64,000 nucleotides of DNA from Gammaproteobacteria bacterium (GTDB lineage Bacteria > Pseudomonadota > Gammaproteobacteria > Pseudomonadales > Pseudohongiellaceae). The stretch covers positions 30,192 to 94,191 of the forward strand of contig JABJIC010000021.1 in the NCBI GenBank assembly GCA_018661465.1, read 5' to 3'. The notes under the pieces are model-generated. The model had not been told where the DNA came from. It made no database searches and was given only the letters and a program-made list of their open reading frames with translations. The first letter of the stretch is position 1. Every line of letters starts with the position of its first letter. This document shows positions 25,757 through 34,998 of this stretch, piece after piece. The position numbers were made by a program, and so were the translations under genes.

Positions 25757-28175
25757 CAGTCTCTTCTTCAGACTTCAGCTCAGTCTTGCTGTCCTCGATA
25801 AGATCTCGTCCGGCACGACTGCTGCCACCGCCAAATTTGAAACTTTCAATTCGTGAAGGAATGATGCGCCTGGGATAGTAGTTATTCTCAATATCCGCAT
25901 CTGCAGTTTCCCGCAAAGGATCGATTACGATATTTCGAATATCCTTGTCTGAAACAAGTAACTTCTTGATATTGTCAGGATATCTTCTCCAAATCTCTGC
26001 CGGATAGCGAATCACCTGCTTGCTACCATCGGCATATTCCACTTCGATGATGATAGGCATAACCAAGCCACCAACATTGGAAAATTCCAGTAGGTAATAG
26101 TTAAGATCTTCTTCTACAGCGCGGTCAAGTGCAGCTCGCTCCCAGTCTTCCAAACCATTCAGAAAGCTGTTGTAGCTATTACGCTCTACATTGGTGACAG
26201 TGAACTGGTCATTGTCATCATAGAAGTCGCGCACATCTGTATTGCGCTCAACCCAGGTATGCATTCCTTCTTCTCTATTTCGATCGCTGAACAAGGAAGG
26301 AGAGATAGATTTTTCTACGTCCCGCTGACGGTCATAATCAACATCAGGATTTTCGGTGTCTATCTGCATCTCGTAAACTCTATCAAGAGAGATATCAACA
26401 TGGTCTGTTGTATAGAACCATCCACGCCAAAACCAATCTAGATCGATCCCAGACGCCTCTTCCATGGTACGGAAAAAATCTGATGGCGTGGGTCGTTTAA
26501 ATTCCCACTGTCGGGAATATTCCATGAAAGCGAAATCGAATAACTCACGCCCCATGATAGTTTCACGTAGGATATTGAGAGCAGTTGCAGGCTTGGAGTA
26601 GGCATTTGATCCTAGACTCCGCACACTGTCTGACTGAGTCATTACCGGCACCTGATTTTGGGAAACCATATAGTCCGTAATGTTTTTAGGTTCTACTCCC
26701 CAGGGAATGTCCGCATCCCATTCTCGACCGGCAACTGAATCAAGATAGCTGTTTATTCCTTCATCCATCCAGGTCCACTGACGTTCGTCTGAGTTAACGA
26801 TCATCGGAAAGTAGAAGTGTCCAATCTCATGAATCACCACGCCAATTAAAAACCGCTTTTCCGATAGCGAATAAGTGCGTGAGCCATCATCTTGTAGAGT
26901 TGTAGTAGGTCCGTTGAAAGAGATCATCGGGTATTCCATACCACCAAGGAAGCTAGCATTTACACTGATAGCAGTTGGGTAAGGAAAATCAAAAGAGAAA
27001 CGGCTGTAAACTTCCAATGTGTGAATCACTACTTCGGTAGAATAGTCTGACCAGAGCGTGCCGCCTTCCTTAGGATAAAAGGACATGGCCATGACCAGTT
27101 CCTGCTCTGCGCCAGGCTGCTGAAGACCCTTGGCATCCCATATGAAATTCCGCGAAGAACCCCAGGCGAAATCCCGCACATTCTCTGCAGCGAATCTCCA
27201 GGTCTTGGTATCACTCACTCCCTCTTGTGCATTTTCCAGAGCTTCTTCTGGAGTCACAATAAATACAGGACGCTCAGCTGTTTCAGCTTGCTCCATACGA
27301 TCTCGCTGTTCGCGAGTTAATACTTGATTAGCATTCTGCAGCTCACCTGTAGCAGCTACGATGTGATCGGAAGGAACAGTCATAGCGACTTCATAGTCAC
27401 CGAACTCTAGAGTAAATTCTCCTGAACCTAGAAATTCTTTATTGGTCCAGCCTTCGTAATCAGTGTAAGCAACGAGTCGCGGAAACCACTGAGTTAAGGC
27501 GAATAGATAATTGCCATTGTCAGCTTCATTTTCATCAGGGAAGTGTTGATACCCACCACGAGGGCTAAGTATTTCACCGCTTATAATGTGATAAGCGTAG
27601 TCAATCTTGAATTCGACATCCTGACCTGAGCGAAGAGGTCTGGCCAGATCGATTCGCATCAATGTGCCCACTATAGTGTGAGCAAGCGCATTACCTGAGC
27701 CATCGGTAACTGCATTTATTTCATAACCATGATCTACATCTTCCATGTACTGCAAACGACGCAACTGGCCCATACTCAATCTGGCCGGGCTGTCCTCGTC
27801 GGGACTGGAGCCTCTGAATGTGCTGCTCATCTCCGCCATAGAGTCATCTCGAAAGCGATTCTGATCCAGCTGCAACCAGAGATAATTCAGGGTATCCGGT
27901 GAATTGTTCTGGTAGTTGATGGTTTCTGAACCATCCAAGCGTTGGGTCGCCTCATCCAGGCTGACTTCGATGTCGTAATCGACTTCCTGTTGCCAGTATT
28001 GATGGCCAGGTTGCCCTGCTGCGTTTCGATAGACATTAGGTGTAGGAAGGACTTCGTCCAACTGCCTGAATTTGTCTTCAAAGGTGCCTTTGGTTTGCTG
28101 TATCCCTTGAGCGAAAGCCCCCGAATTAACGGCTATAAGCACGAATAAACCTATAACTAGTGATAATTTCTTCAT
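25731..28175 (-). CDS. Secreted M1-family zinc metallopeptidase
   Basis: 814 aa with a signal peptide ending GAFAQG. The gluzincin site is HEIGH followed by X18-E (WMDEG). The acidic C-terminal tail is SEEETDEESEEEN. Confidence 0.9.
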   Translation of the reverse strand: MKKLSLVIGLFVLIAVNSGAFAQGIQQTKGTFEDKFRQLDEVLPTPNVYRNAAGQPGHQYWQQEVDYDIEVSLDEATQRLDGSETINYQNNSPDTLNYLWLQLDQNRFRDDSMAEMSSTFRGSSPDEDSPARLSMGQLRRLQYMEDVDHGYEINAVTDGSGNALAHTIVGTLMRIDLARPLRSGQDVEFKIDYAYHIISGEILSPRGGYQHFPDENEADNGNYLFALTQWFPRLVAYTDYEGWTNKEFLGSGEFTLEFGDYEVAMTVPSDHIVAATGELQNANQVLTREQRDRMEQAETAERPVFIVTPEEALENAQEGVSDTKTWRFAAENVRDFAWGSSRNFIWDAKGLQQPGAEQELVMAMSFYPKEGGTLWSDYSTEVVIHTLEVYSRFSFDFPYPTAISVNASFLGGMEYPMISFNGPTTTLQDDGSRTYSLSEKRFLIGVVIHEIGHFYFPMIVNSDERQWTWMDEGINSYLDSVAGREWDADIPWGVEPKNITDYMVSQNQVPVMTQSDSVRSLGSNAYSKPATALNILRETIMGRELFDFAFMEYSRQWEFKRPTPSDFFRTMEEASGIDLDWFWRGWFYTTDHVDISLDRVYEMQIDTENPDVDYDRQRDVEKSISPSLFSDRNREEGMHTWVERNTDVRDFYDDNDQFTVTNVERNSYNSFLNGLEDWERAALDRAVEEDLNYYLLEFSNVGGLVMPIIIEVEYADGSKQVIRYPAEIWRRYPDNIKKLLVSDKDIRNIVIDPLRETADADIENNYYPRRIIPSRIESFKFGGGSSRAGRDLIEDSKTELKSEEETDEESEEEN

Positions 28176-28308
28176 TACGATTTCTTAACCCTGATTTTCC
28201 ATAAAAACGGACGGTATAATACAGAACTTTGGCTAATATTTCATATCCAGATTAGAATCCTGATACGAATATTCCACTGCTAACCCAGTCAAAACAGGCA
28301 CTATCCGA

Positions 28309-29550
28309 ATGGACTTGATCCTCTACGCGATCCCCTTCTTCTTCTTGCTAATTTTTTTGGAGATTGCCTATGGCATGGCGCGGGGCAGGAATAGCTATCG
28401 AATAAATGACACCATTAACAGTCTTTCTCTGGGCAGCCTAAGCAGGCTACAAGCTTTGGTTATTCTGGGTTTTTCAGGATATATCTATGAATGGATAGTA
28501 AACAGCTACCAACTGAGCCAACTACCCGATGATCGAGCATGGGTCTGGGTCAGTTGTTTTATTCTTTATGATCTTGCTTACTACTGGAAACACCGTTTTG
28601 GTCATGAAATAGCTCTTTTCTGGGGCTCTCACGTGGCACACCACCAGAGCGAAGATTACAACCTGAGTACCGCGCTTCGGCAGACCAGCATCGATTTCTA
28701 CGGTTTTCTTTTCTACCTGCCCTTCTTCTTCCTGGGCTTCCCCGCCGAAATACTATTTTCTGTAGTTAGCCTCAACCTTATTTACCAGTTCTGGGTGCAT
28801 ACCGAACATATCCATCGCCTCGGCATATTGGAATGGATATTTGTTACCCCTTCCAATCATCGCGTCCATCATGCCCGGAACAAGATTTATGTAGATCGCA
28901 ACTATGGGGGAGTATTTATTCTGTGGGATCGCTTGTTTGGCAGTTTTCAGGATGAACTGGTTGAGGAGAAGGCTGTATTCGGCTTGCGCAAACCTTTGAA
29001 CAGCTGGAACCCACTATGGGCAAATACGCATGTCTACTGGAGACTGATTCTGGATATTATCAAAGTGCCCGGGCTCAAAAATAAATTACTGATAAGCTTT
29101 AAGCCTCCAGGCTGGATGCCCGAAGGGAGCGTAAGCTCCTGCAAGCTAACAAAGCCAGTGGATATTTCCACGCGATTCGACCCAGCTATTTCAGAATTCT
29201 GTCGATATTATACGCTGACTCAATTTGTCCTCACCGTAGCATTAAGCCTATTTTTACTACTGAATACATCGGTGCTGGGCTATTGGCAGACTTTCGCGCT
29301 AGTTATTTTTCTAGTCTTCTCGTTATATGTTCATGGCGTGTGGTTAGAGGCTAAAACGAACGCCAGAGCACTGGAATTTATTCGTATTGCCTTGGCTTTT
29401 GGGGTGGTGTTTCTGAGTGAGGTCAATCAAGTAGTTAATTTGGCTATTCTAGCTTTGGCGTCAATTTCTCTTTTGGCGCTGCTGCCTACGCGAAAAATAT
29501 CTCTGAAAGCGGCTAGTACGAATGAAGCCGGCCCCGAGATCCTTGCCTGA
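28309..29550 (+). CDS. Fatty acid hydroxylase / sterol desaturase family membrane protein
   Basis: 413 aa with His boxes HRFGHE, HVAHHQSE and HRVHHARN. A C-terminal extension of about 130 aa carries extra TM helices. Confidence 0.8.
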   Translation: MDLILYAIPFFFLLIFLEIAYGMARGRNSYRINDTINSLSLGSLSRLQALVILGFSGYIYEWIVNSYQLSQLPDDRAWVWVSCFILYDLAYYWKHRFGHEIALFWGSHVAHHQSEDYNLSTALRQTSIDFYGFLFYLPFFFLGFPAEILFSVVSLNLIYQFWVHTEHIHRLGILEWIFVTPSNHRVHHARNKIYVDRNYGGVFILWDRLFGSFQDELVEEKAVFGLRKPLNSWNPLWANTHVYWRLILDIIKVPGLKNKLLISFKPPGWMPEGSVSSCKLTKPVDISTRFDPAISEFCRYYTLTQFVLTVALSLFLLLNTSVLGYWQTFALVIFLVFSLYVHGVWLEAKTNARALEFIRIALAFGVVFLSEVNQVVNLAILALASISLLALLPTRKISLKAASTNEAGPEILA

Positions 29551-29553
29551 CCA

Positions 29554-29588
29554 TTGAGAATTGAGAACTGAGAACTACGAACTAAGAG
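29554..29588. repeat. Five tandem heptamers (TTGAGAA TTGAGAA CTGAGAA CTACGAA CTAAGAG)
   Basis: Read directly from the sequence. The array starts 4 nt after the stop of the hydroxylase-family gene, in a convergent intergenic gap. Confidence 0.9.
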
Positions 29589-29628
29589 CCAAGCCCCGTG
29601 ACTGGATGCCAACAGGGCTCACAAATGA

Positions 29629-30327
29629 CTAGCGACGCGCTTCGTTAATCACTACTTCAACTGATGAATTACCCGGGTTACTGATCTTGAATGCAGCGTT
29701 AGCCTCTCTCCAAGCCCAGTCTCCCATGTCACTCAATTCTGCTGTAACTCCATCTTCTCGACTGACGTGAACCTTGCCCGGGCGAGTTTGAATAATGACA
29801 CTTGAATTTTGGTGAGTCTGAATTGAGGTTTCTTCACCTGGAGCCAGTGCTACTCTGTAGGAGCGGAACCATTTATTCTCCAGGTCTGCTGAGCCATCTA
29901 CGCCTTGTGGGCGATCATTGTTTTCTTCCACACCTGGACCATAGTTGGTAAGAGCCATTATTCGAAACAAACCGGGACCTGGATTCGACACCTGATGGGT
30001 AAAATTTTGTTCTACGTAATCCGTGTTCCCTGAAACTCGACCATAAAGCGGGCCATCTCCATTGGAGATAAAGGTATACATGATCGCAGCATCATGGGTA
30101 TGAAGGAATGAGGTGTCACCGGGATTAATCTGAACATCCAGTAGATATACATTACCGTCTTTATGGACTGTTCGGTGTCTTGGCTCTTGGAGAATTTGGA
30201 CAATCTTCTGTCCTCTGAAATCCTGCTCCTGAGCCAGAGAGCTAACTGTACTGAGTGCTACAGCTGAAGATGCAACTACCGCTGCCGCCAGTCCTAGGAC
30301 CTTCATTCTTGAAGATTGAAAATTCAT
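29629..30327 (-). CDS. Secreted hypothetical protein, cupin-like
   Basis: 232 aa with a signal peptide (AAAVVASSAVALSTVSSLAQE). The cupin-motif-like stretch is PGDTSFLHTHDAAIMYTFISNGDG. Function is unknown. Confidence 0.55.
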   Translation of the reverse strand: MNFQSSRMKVLGLAAAVVASSAVALSTVSSLAQEQDFRGQKIVQILQEPRHRTVHKDGNVYLLDVQINPGDTSFLHTHDAAIMYTFISNGDGPLYGRVSGNTDYVEQNFTHQVSNPGPGLFRIMALTNYGPGVEENNDRPQGVDGSADLENKWFRSYRVALAPGEETSIQTHQNSSVIIQTRPGKVHVSREDGVTAELSDMGDWAWREANAAFKISNPGNSSVEVVINEARR

Positions 30328-30464
30328 AGTAAAACCCTGTTCCCATTTCGATTTACATTACTGGTGTATGCTCAGATTACGCGAGGCACTCGGCGAATTC
30401 AATGTCCCTGTAACTAGGCACTAAGACATGAGTTGCCAGCTTTTGCTGGAGACCAGTCCCTAAT

Positions 30465-31097
30465 TCAAACGGTCTTCACCTGCTGATAGCTTTTTGACCA
30501 TGAGAACCATCCAAAGAAGATAATGACTATATACACAGCAAACAGCATTGAGGTGAAGTAGAGCTCTCGGTCGATATAGAGATAAATTGAAACGGAATCG
30601 ATCACCAACCAATAGATCCAATTTTCCAATACCTTTCGCGCCACCATAAATGTAGTGACAACGCTTCCCCACGTGGTAAATGAATCTAAATACGGCAATT
30701 GAGCATCGGTTCCAGAATTTAGAAGATACCCTGATATAAAGGTAAGCAGCGCGATAAGAAGTAGAGCTATTAAATGCTGCCTCATGCTCCACATCGAAAC
30801 CTGCAAGCCCTCCGAATTGTCATTGACAAGTCGCCACTGATACCAGCCGTAGACCGCCATGGCAAGATAGTAAACTTGCAAGCCAGACTCCATGTAGAGT
30901 TTAACGTCCCAGAAGATAAACAAGAATATTAGAGTAGAAATCCCAGCTGCGTACCAGCAGAGGATATTTTCTCTGACCGCAAGAACCAGGTAGGCTATCG
31001 CAAACACAACCGCTGTTAATTCCAGCAAAGAATTTCGCAGGAATTGTTCACCGACAGTGTTAAAGAATTCAATCACTGGAGAGACCTCGTAGGTCAT
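30465..31097 (-). CDS. PnuC-family permease, probably the thiamine-type PnuT
   Basis: 210 aa and polytopic. The PnuC-like core is LAVRENILCWYAAGISTLIFLFIF...YYLAMAVYGWYQW. It is the last gene of an operon headed by a TPP riboswitch. Confidence 0.75.
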   Translation of the reverse strand: MTYEVSPVIEFFNTVGEQFLRNSLLELTAVVFAIAYLVLAVRENILCWYAAGISTLIFLFIFWDVKLYMESGLQVYYLAMAVYGWYQWRLVNDNSEGLQVSMWSMRQHLIALLLIALLTFISGYLLNSGTDAQLPYLDSFTTWGSVVTTFMVARKVLENWIYWLVIDSVSIYLYIDRELYFTSMLFAVYIVIIFFGWFSWSKSYQQVKTV

Positions 31098-31329
31098 CTC
31101 TCAATAGTTTGATTACAAAAATACTCTTCCCGTATTTCTCCCAGCTTAGTGCAACTTCGACCTTCAAAAGCTCCATTATCTGATCATAGTCACCATAGAG
31201 CTGCGTCGAGAGATCATTGCGTATCACCGCGACCTCGGGGTATTGCTGCACTCTTTCGATAAACTCCTTGATGGCGGGAATATATTCATCTGCCAATGGG
31301 TATAGACTAATATCAACTGAAGCTTTCAT
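31069..31329 (-). CDS. YkoF/MTH1187-like small thiamine-binding-family protein
   Basis: 86 aa. MKASVDISLYPLADEYIPAIKEFIERV...LSTQLYGDYDQIMELL matches the MTH1187/YkoF pattern. It overlaps the permease start by 29 nt. Confidence 0.6.
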   Translation of the reverse strand: MKASVDISLYPLADEYIPAIKEFIERVQQYPEVAVIRNDLSTQLYGDYDQIMELLKVEVALSWEKYGKSIFVIKLLRDDLRGLSSD

Positions 31330-31355
31330 AACAGTACCTTTTTTAATCTTATCTT

Positions 31356-33440
31356 TTAAAATTTTACTTCATAGCTAACACCTATCACTCGGGGTTCGCC
31401 GAATTGAAGATAGGGTTCAGGCGCGTAGTCTTTTCTTGGATCATTGCCGAACTCCCCAAAGAAAAATCCTCTAACAGCATAATCTTGATTGCTAAGATTA
31501 CGACCCCAAAAACTCAGACTCCAGCGTTCAGCAGAATAGCTGAGATTCATATTCAGCAGTTCATAGGGGTCACTTCGCACATTGTGACTGTCGGAAAAAT
31601 AAAAATCGTCTTTAGCATCGATGGAGACGGAAACAGACCAGGCACCTAGATTATAGTCAGCTGCCAGATGTGCCATATACCCCGGGGCATGTGCCTGATC
31701 ACGACCTGACAGGTCCTGATTTTCAGAATTAAGAAAGGAATCAAAAGTTGCATCCAACACGCCTACACTGGCTGTTAAGCCTAAGCGCTCTGAGGGGTAC
31801 CAAACCGCTTCAAATTCTACACCGTTATTCGTGCCTTCGGCTGCGTTGCCTATGAAATCGATGAACTCTGTACTGCCGTCGGCACGAATTTTTCCAGTGG
31901 AACTCTTTACCTGCTGTTCGTGCCTGTCATCGTGAAACAAAGCGGCTTTCAGATGTAGCGTGTTTTCAAGTAGGTTCGACTTCATTCCAATCTCATATTC
32001 AATCAGGAATTCTTCGCCGAATTCTCGTAGACCTGCATCCAGCGTGCCATCGGTGTTAAAGCCACCTGCCTTATAACCTCGGGCAATGCTGGCGTAAGCC
32101 ATGGTATTCGAATTCAGCAGATACTTGGCAGCGACTCGACCTCCCCAGAGAGTTTCCTCGGGTGAGAAGCCAAGCAATTCTGAGTCGTTATATGTCGTGT
32201 CGCGCCTTTCGATTCTTACGCCTGTTTCCAAAGTCAGTTTTTCACTAAGCGATGAATCCAATTGGAAGAAAGCAGCTGCGGTATCAAAATCGTAATCACT
32301 GTGGAATTCCGAGGCCAGAAAGGTGTATTCCCGCCTCAATGACTCAGCACTTTTGAGTGTGTACACACCGAACAGCCACTGGGTTGAATCGGAAAATAGT
32401 CGACTACTGTCATTCGATAAAAGCCTCAATTCCAGGCTGCGAGTTTCTCGATCTCGGACATAGCTGTCTCGTGACATATAGCCATAGGGATGTATTCCGG
32501 CAAAGGTCCAGTCCTCGTCGTAGCTATATTCCATGTCAGAATCGGCGAGGCTCGCGATGAATTTCACATCGAAATTTTCCAGCTGCCAGCTACTGTCGAT
32601 CGCCAACGCGAGGGATTCTTGTTGGTCCCGCCCCGGCTCATCGGAAAGCGTCGTGCGTGAATTGTCCAGAGTAAATGCATCGTAACCGTTGTCGACATCT
32701 ACGTGGGACATCGTAAGATCCAGTTTCCAGCTGGAGGACATTTCCGCACTCAGCTTTCCTCGAATGGACAGCTCGTCCTGAGCATTATTACGATCTGTTT
32801 GCAGATAGTCGTTCTCATAGTACCCATCGGATCGATGACGCTCCAGGGCCAATCGTGCGCTTACTGTTTCGGCTACTGGACCGGTTATCATTGCCGCAAC
32901 CGTATTGGTATTGTAGTCAGCAGCGCCGAGCTTCAGGCTTGCTGCAAACTGATCTTCCGGGTCATGGGTCTTGACGTTGATCAGGCCAGCCAGAGCGTTG
33001 GCGCCGTATCTCGTTCCCTGAGGTCCTCGCAGTACTTCAACTTGCTCAACATCCATCATGGTGGCAATGGTGGCCGCTCCACTGAAGTCTACATTGTCCA
33101 CCAGAAAACCGACGGAAGGGTTGACGGGCGCAACAAATTGGCTGCGCTCACCGATGCCCCGAATCTGGAAAAAACGCGCACGATTGGAACCAGAAGCATA
33201 GTTAACATTGGGAATGGCATTCACCAGTTCCTCAAAATGCTGGGCAGCCCTCGATTTAATGACGGTATCTGTCATCACGGTGACACTGGCTGCCGTTTCC
33301 AACTCGCTTCTAGCCCTAAAATCCGCGGTAACGACAACTTCTTCGATAGTATTTTCTGCGGCGACAGCAAGACTCTGCGTGAAGCCTAAGGAGGCAAGTA
33401 GCATTAAGGCGTAATATGGCGTGAAACGAGCTTTAGACAT
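31356..33440 (-). CDS. TonB-dependent outer-membrane receptor
   Basis: I use the ATG at 33440 with a GGAGAG SD; the track start at 33452 is a TTG. It has a signal peptide, a TonB box EEVVVTA, a plug domain, and a C-terminal beta-barrel ending YEVKF. Confidence 0.9.
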   Translation of the reverse strand: MSKARFTPYYALMLLASLGFTQSLAVAAENTIEEVVVTADFRARSELETAASVTVMTDTVIKSRAAQHFEELVNAIPNVNYASGSNRARFFQIRGIGERSQFVAPVNPSVGFLVDNVDFSGAATIATMMDVEQVEVLRGPQGTRYGANALAGLINVKTHDPEDQFAASLKLGAADYNTNTVAAMITGPVAETVSARLALERHRSDGYYENDYLQTDRNNAQDELSIRGKLSAEMSSSWKLDLTMSHVDVDNGYDAFTLDNSRTTLSDEPGRDQQESLALAIDSSWQLENFDVKFIASLADSDMEYSYDEDWTFAGIHPYGYMSRDSYVRDRETRSLELRLLSNDSSRLFSDSTQWLFGVYTLKSAESLRREYTFLASEFHSDYDFDTAAAFFQLDSSLSEKLTLETGVRIERRDTTYNDSELLGFSPEETLWGGRVAAKYLLNSNTMAYASIARGYKAGGFNTDGTLDAGLREFGEEFLIEYEIGMKSNLLENTLHLKAALFHDDRHEQQVKSSTGKIRADGSTEFIDFIGNAAEGTNNGVEFEAVWYPSERLGLTASVGVLDATFDSFLNSENQDLSGRDQAHAPGYMAHLAADYNLGAWSVSVSIDAKDDFYFSDSHNVRSDPYELLNMNLSYSAERWSLSFWGRNLSNQDYAVRGFFFGEFGNDPRKDYAPEPYLQFGEPRVIGVSYEVKF

Positions 33441-33503
33441 GAGTCTCTCCAAACTAATTTAAGAGACCCGGTATTGTGGACGTGTGATGAGATGTGATGT
33501 GCA

Positions 33504-33590
33504 TCCTTTTCCTACGCCGGTATTAACCGGATCAGGTTCTAGAGTTGACTGGCTCACCAGAATCTCAGGTCAATTGACCACCCCTAAGGA
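33504..33590 (-). promoter_or_regulatory. TPP (THI-box) riboswitch
   Basis: The minus strand reads tccttAGGGGTGgtcaattgacCTGAGAttctggtgagccagtcaactctagAACCTGATCCGGTTAATACCGGCGTAGGAAaagga. Both conserved THI-box halves are present, and P1 is tcctt/aagga. Downstream, GTCTCT (33443-33448) can pair with AGAGAC (33462-33467), which covers the SD. Confidence 0.85.
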
Positions 33591-33707
33591 ACGGCTAGCA
33601 GTATAACATTAGCGGAATCGAGGAGATATATTTCTGTAATTTTTTATATACTAACTATACAGGAATGGCCTTCATGGCTTATCTGGCAAGACAAAAGAGT
33701 TATTGTA

Positions 33708-34268
33708 ATGAACACTGAGATAATAGTTATTACGGGGCCCGAATCTTCTGGGAAAACTACTTTAGCAAGCCAGCTTTCGGCTTACTGGAAAACACCTCTT
33801 GTTCCGGAAATTGCCAGAGATTATCTCAAAGAGAAAGGTTCTTATCAGCAACATGACTTATTGAAAATTGGCATGCTGCAACATAAGCAGGAACAAGATT
33901 TTCTTTCTCACTTCCCAAAAAAAGTAATTTGCGATACGGATTTACTGGTAATTATGATCTGGAGCGAAGTTAAGTATGGGACCTGTGACCCATGGATCTA
34001 CAAAACTTTTGAAAACTGCATCAATCAGCAAACTTCTAGCAGATATTATTATTTGTGTGATCCCGAGATTCCCTGGGAAGCAGATCAACTCCGAGAAAAT
34101 CCCCATGACCGCGATGAATTATTCGATCTATATCTTCAAAAATTAGAAGAATATGATCTATGCCATAGCATAGTAGAAGGCGATCAGCAGGAACGTTTGC
34201 AACAAGTTCTGAATAGTTCGGATTCGAAGTTTTATCAACCCAACGATGAACCCTTAATTAAATTCTAG
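33708..34268 (+). CDS. NadR-type P-loop kinase (ribosylnicotinamide kinase-like domain only)
   Basis: 186 aa. Walker A is ITGPESSGKTTLA, followed by EIARDYL and CDTDLLV. This matches the C-terminal kinase domain of NadR. No HTH or NMNAT domain is present. Confidence 0.7.
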   Translation: MNTEIIVITGPESSGKTTLASQLSAYWKTPLVPEIARDYLKEKGSYQQHDLLKIGMLQHKQEQDFLSHFPKKVICDTDLLVIMIWSEVKYGTCDPWIYKTFENCINQQTSSRYYYLCDPEIPWEADQLRENPHDRDELFDLYLQKLEEYDLCHSIVEGDQQERLQQVLNSSDSKFYQPNDEPLIKF

Positions 34269-34998
34269 TCAGTGGAAACTCCATCAACAGGGTCCCTGTT
34301 GCCGGGTCTCGCAATTCAAACGTCGCCTGATAGGCTCGACCGAGAGCTTCAGTGAAACTGGTACCGTCTTCCAAGTTACTGATTACAAAAACAACACGAC
34401 CCTCCGTAGTTCCCATAGGCGAAATCTGGATTGGATTAAAGAGATAGAGATCATTTTCACTAAGCAGACCCCGCACGCTGGCTTCCACACTTAGGGCTGA
34501 CCCAGGGATATTACTGCGAACGCCGCGAAACAGAGATGATTCACTATCTCCGTCTAATATCCTCAGGAAAATATTTACTTCCTTGCTGAACAATTCATTA
34601 TTGCTGACAGAAATAGTTGGGGTATATATGGGATAGCTAAATCCAATCTCGATAATTCCATTGCTGGAGCTATCTGTAATTAGCTGACTTTCCAATTGAA
34701 GCGCAGAGAAGCCTTCGCCAGCCTGTCCAGGAAGAATAAACATATAGTATGCAATTCCTGGAATAAGGGCTGGCAAGCAAACAGAAAATCCATAGGCGCC
34801 AGGCCGACCAGTAAAGACTGGATTAAAAGGATACATTGCAACAAGGGCGGAGAGTACGGCTAAGCTCAGCAACAAAGCTCGGATCAGCAGTGGCTGATTA
34901 CCTAATTGGATAGCGTTCTGAGAGATATAGAAAACACATGCAGCAGAAAGCGACAAGGCTGTAATACTGAAGATCAACTGTCGAAGACTAAGCTTCAC
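34258..34998 (-). CDS. Hypothetical membrane protein
   Basis: 246 aa. Three N-terminal TM helices are followed by a beta-rich C-terminal domain of about 140 aa, and I recognise no motif. It lies 34 nt downstream of lipA, and its 3' end overlaps the convergent kinase gene by 11 nt. Confidence 0.55.
   Translation of the reverse strand: MKLSLRQLIFSITALSLSAACVFYISQNAIQLGNQPLLIRALLLSLAVLSALVAMYPFNPVFTGRPGAYGFSVCLPALIPGIAYYMFILPGQAGEGFSALQLESQLITDSSSNGIIEIGFSYPIYTPTISVSNNELFSKEVNIFLRILDGDSESSLFRGVRSNIPGSALSVEASVRGLLSENDLYLFNPIQISPMGTTEGRVVFVISNLEDGTSFTEALGRAYQATFELRDPATGTLLMEFPLTRI

Noticed and set aside
32703-33389. 228-aa plus-strand ORF, plus the overlapping 68-aa ORF at 33208-33414
   Set aside because: It lies entirely antisense within the well-supported TonB-dependent receptor gene. 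The predicted protein is low-complexity (Gly, Arg and Ser rich), and it has no SD or recognisable motif. It is a typical shadow ORF.
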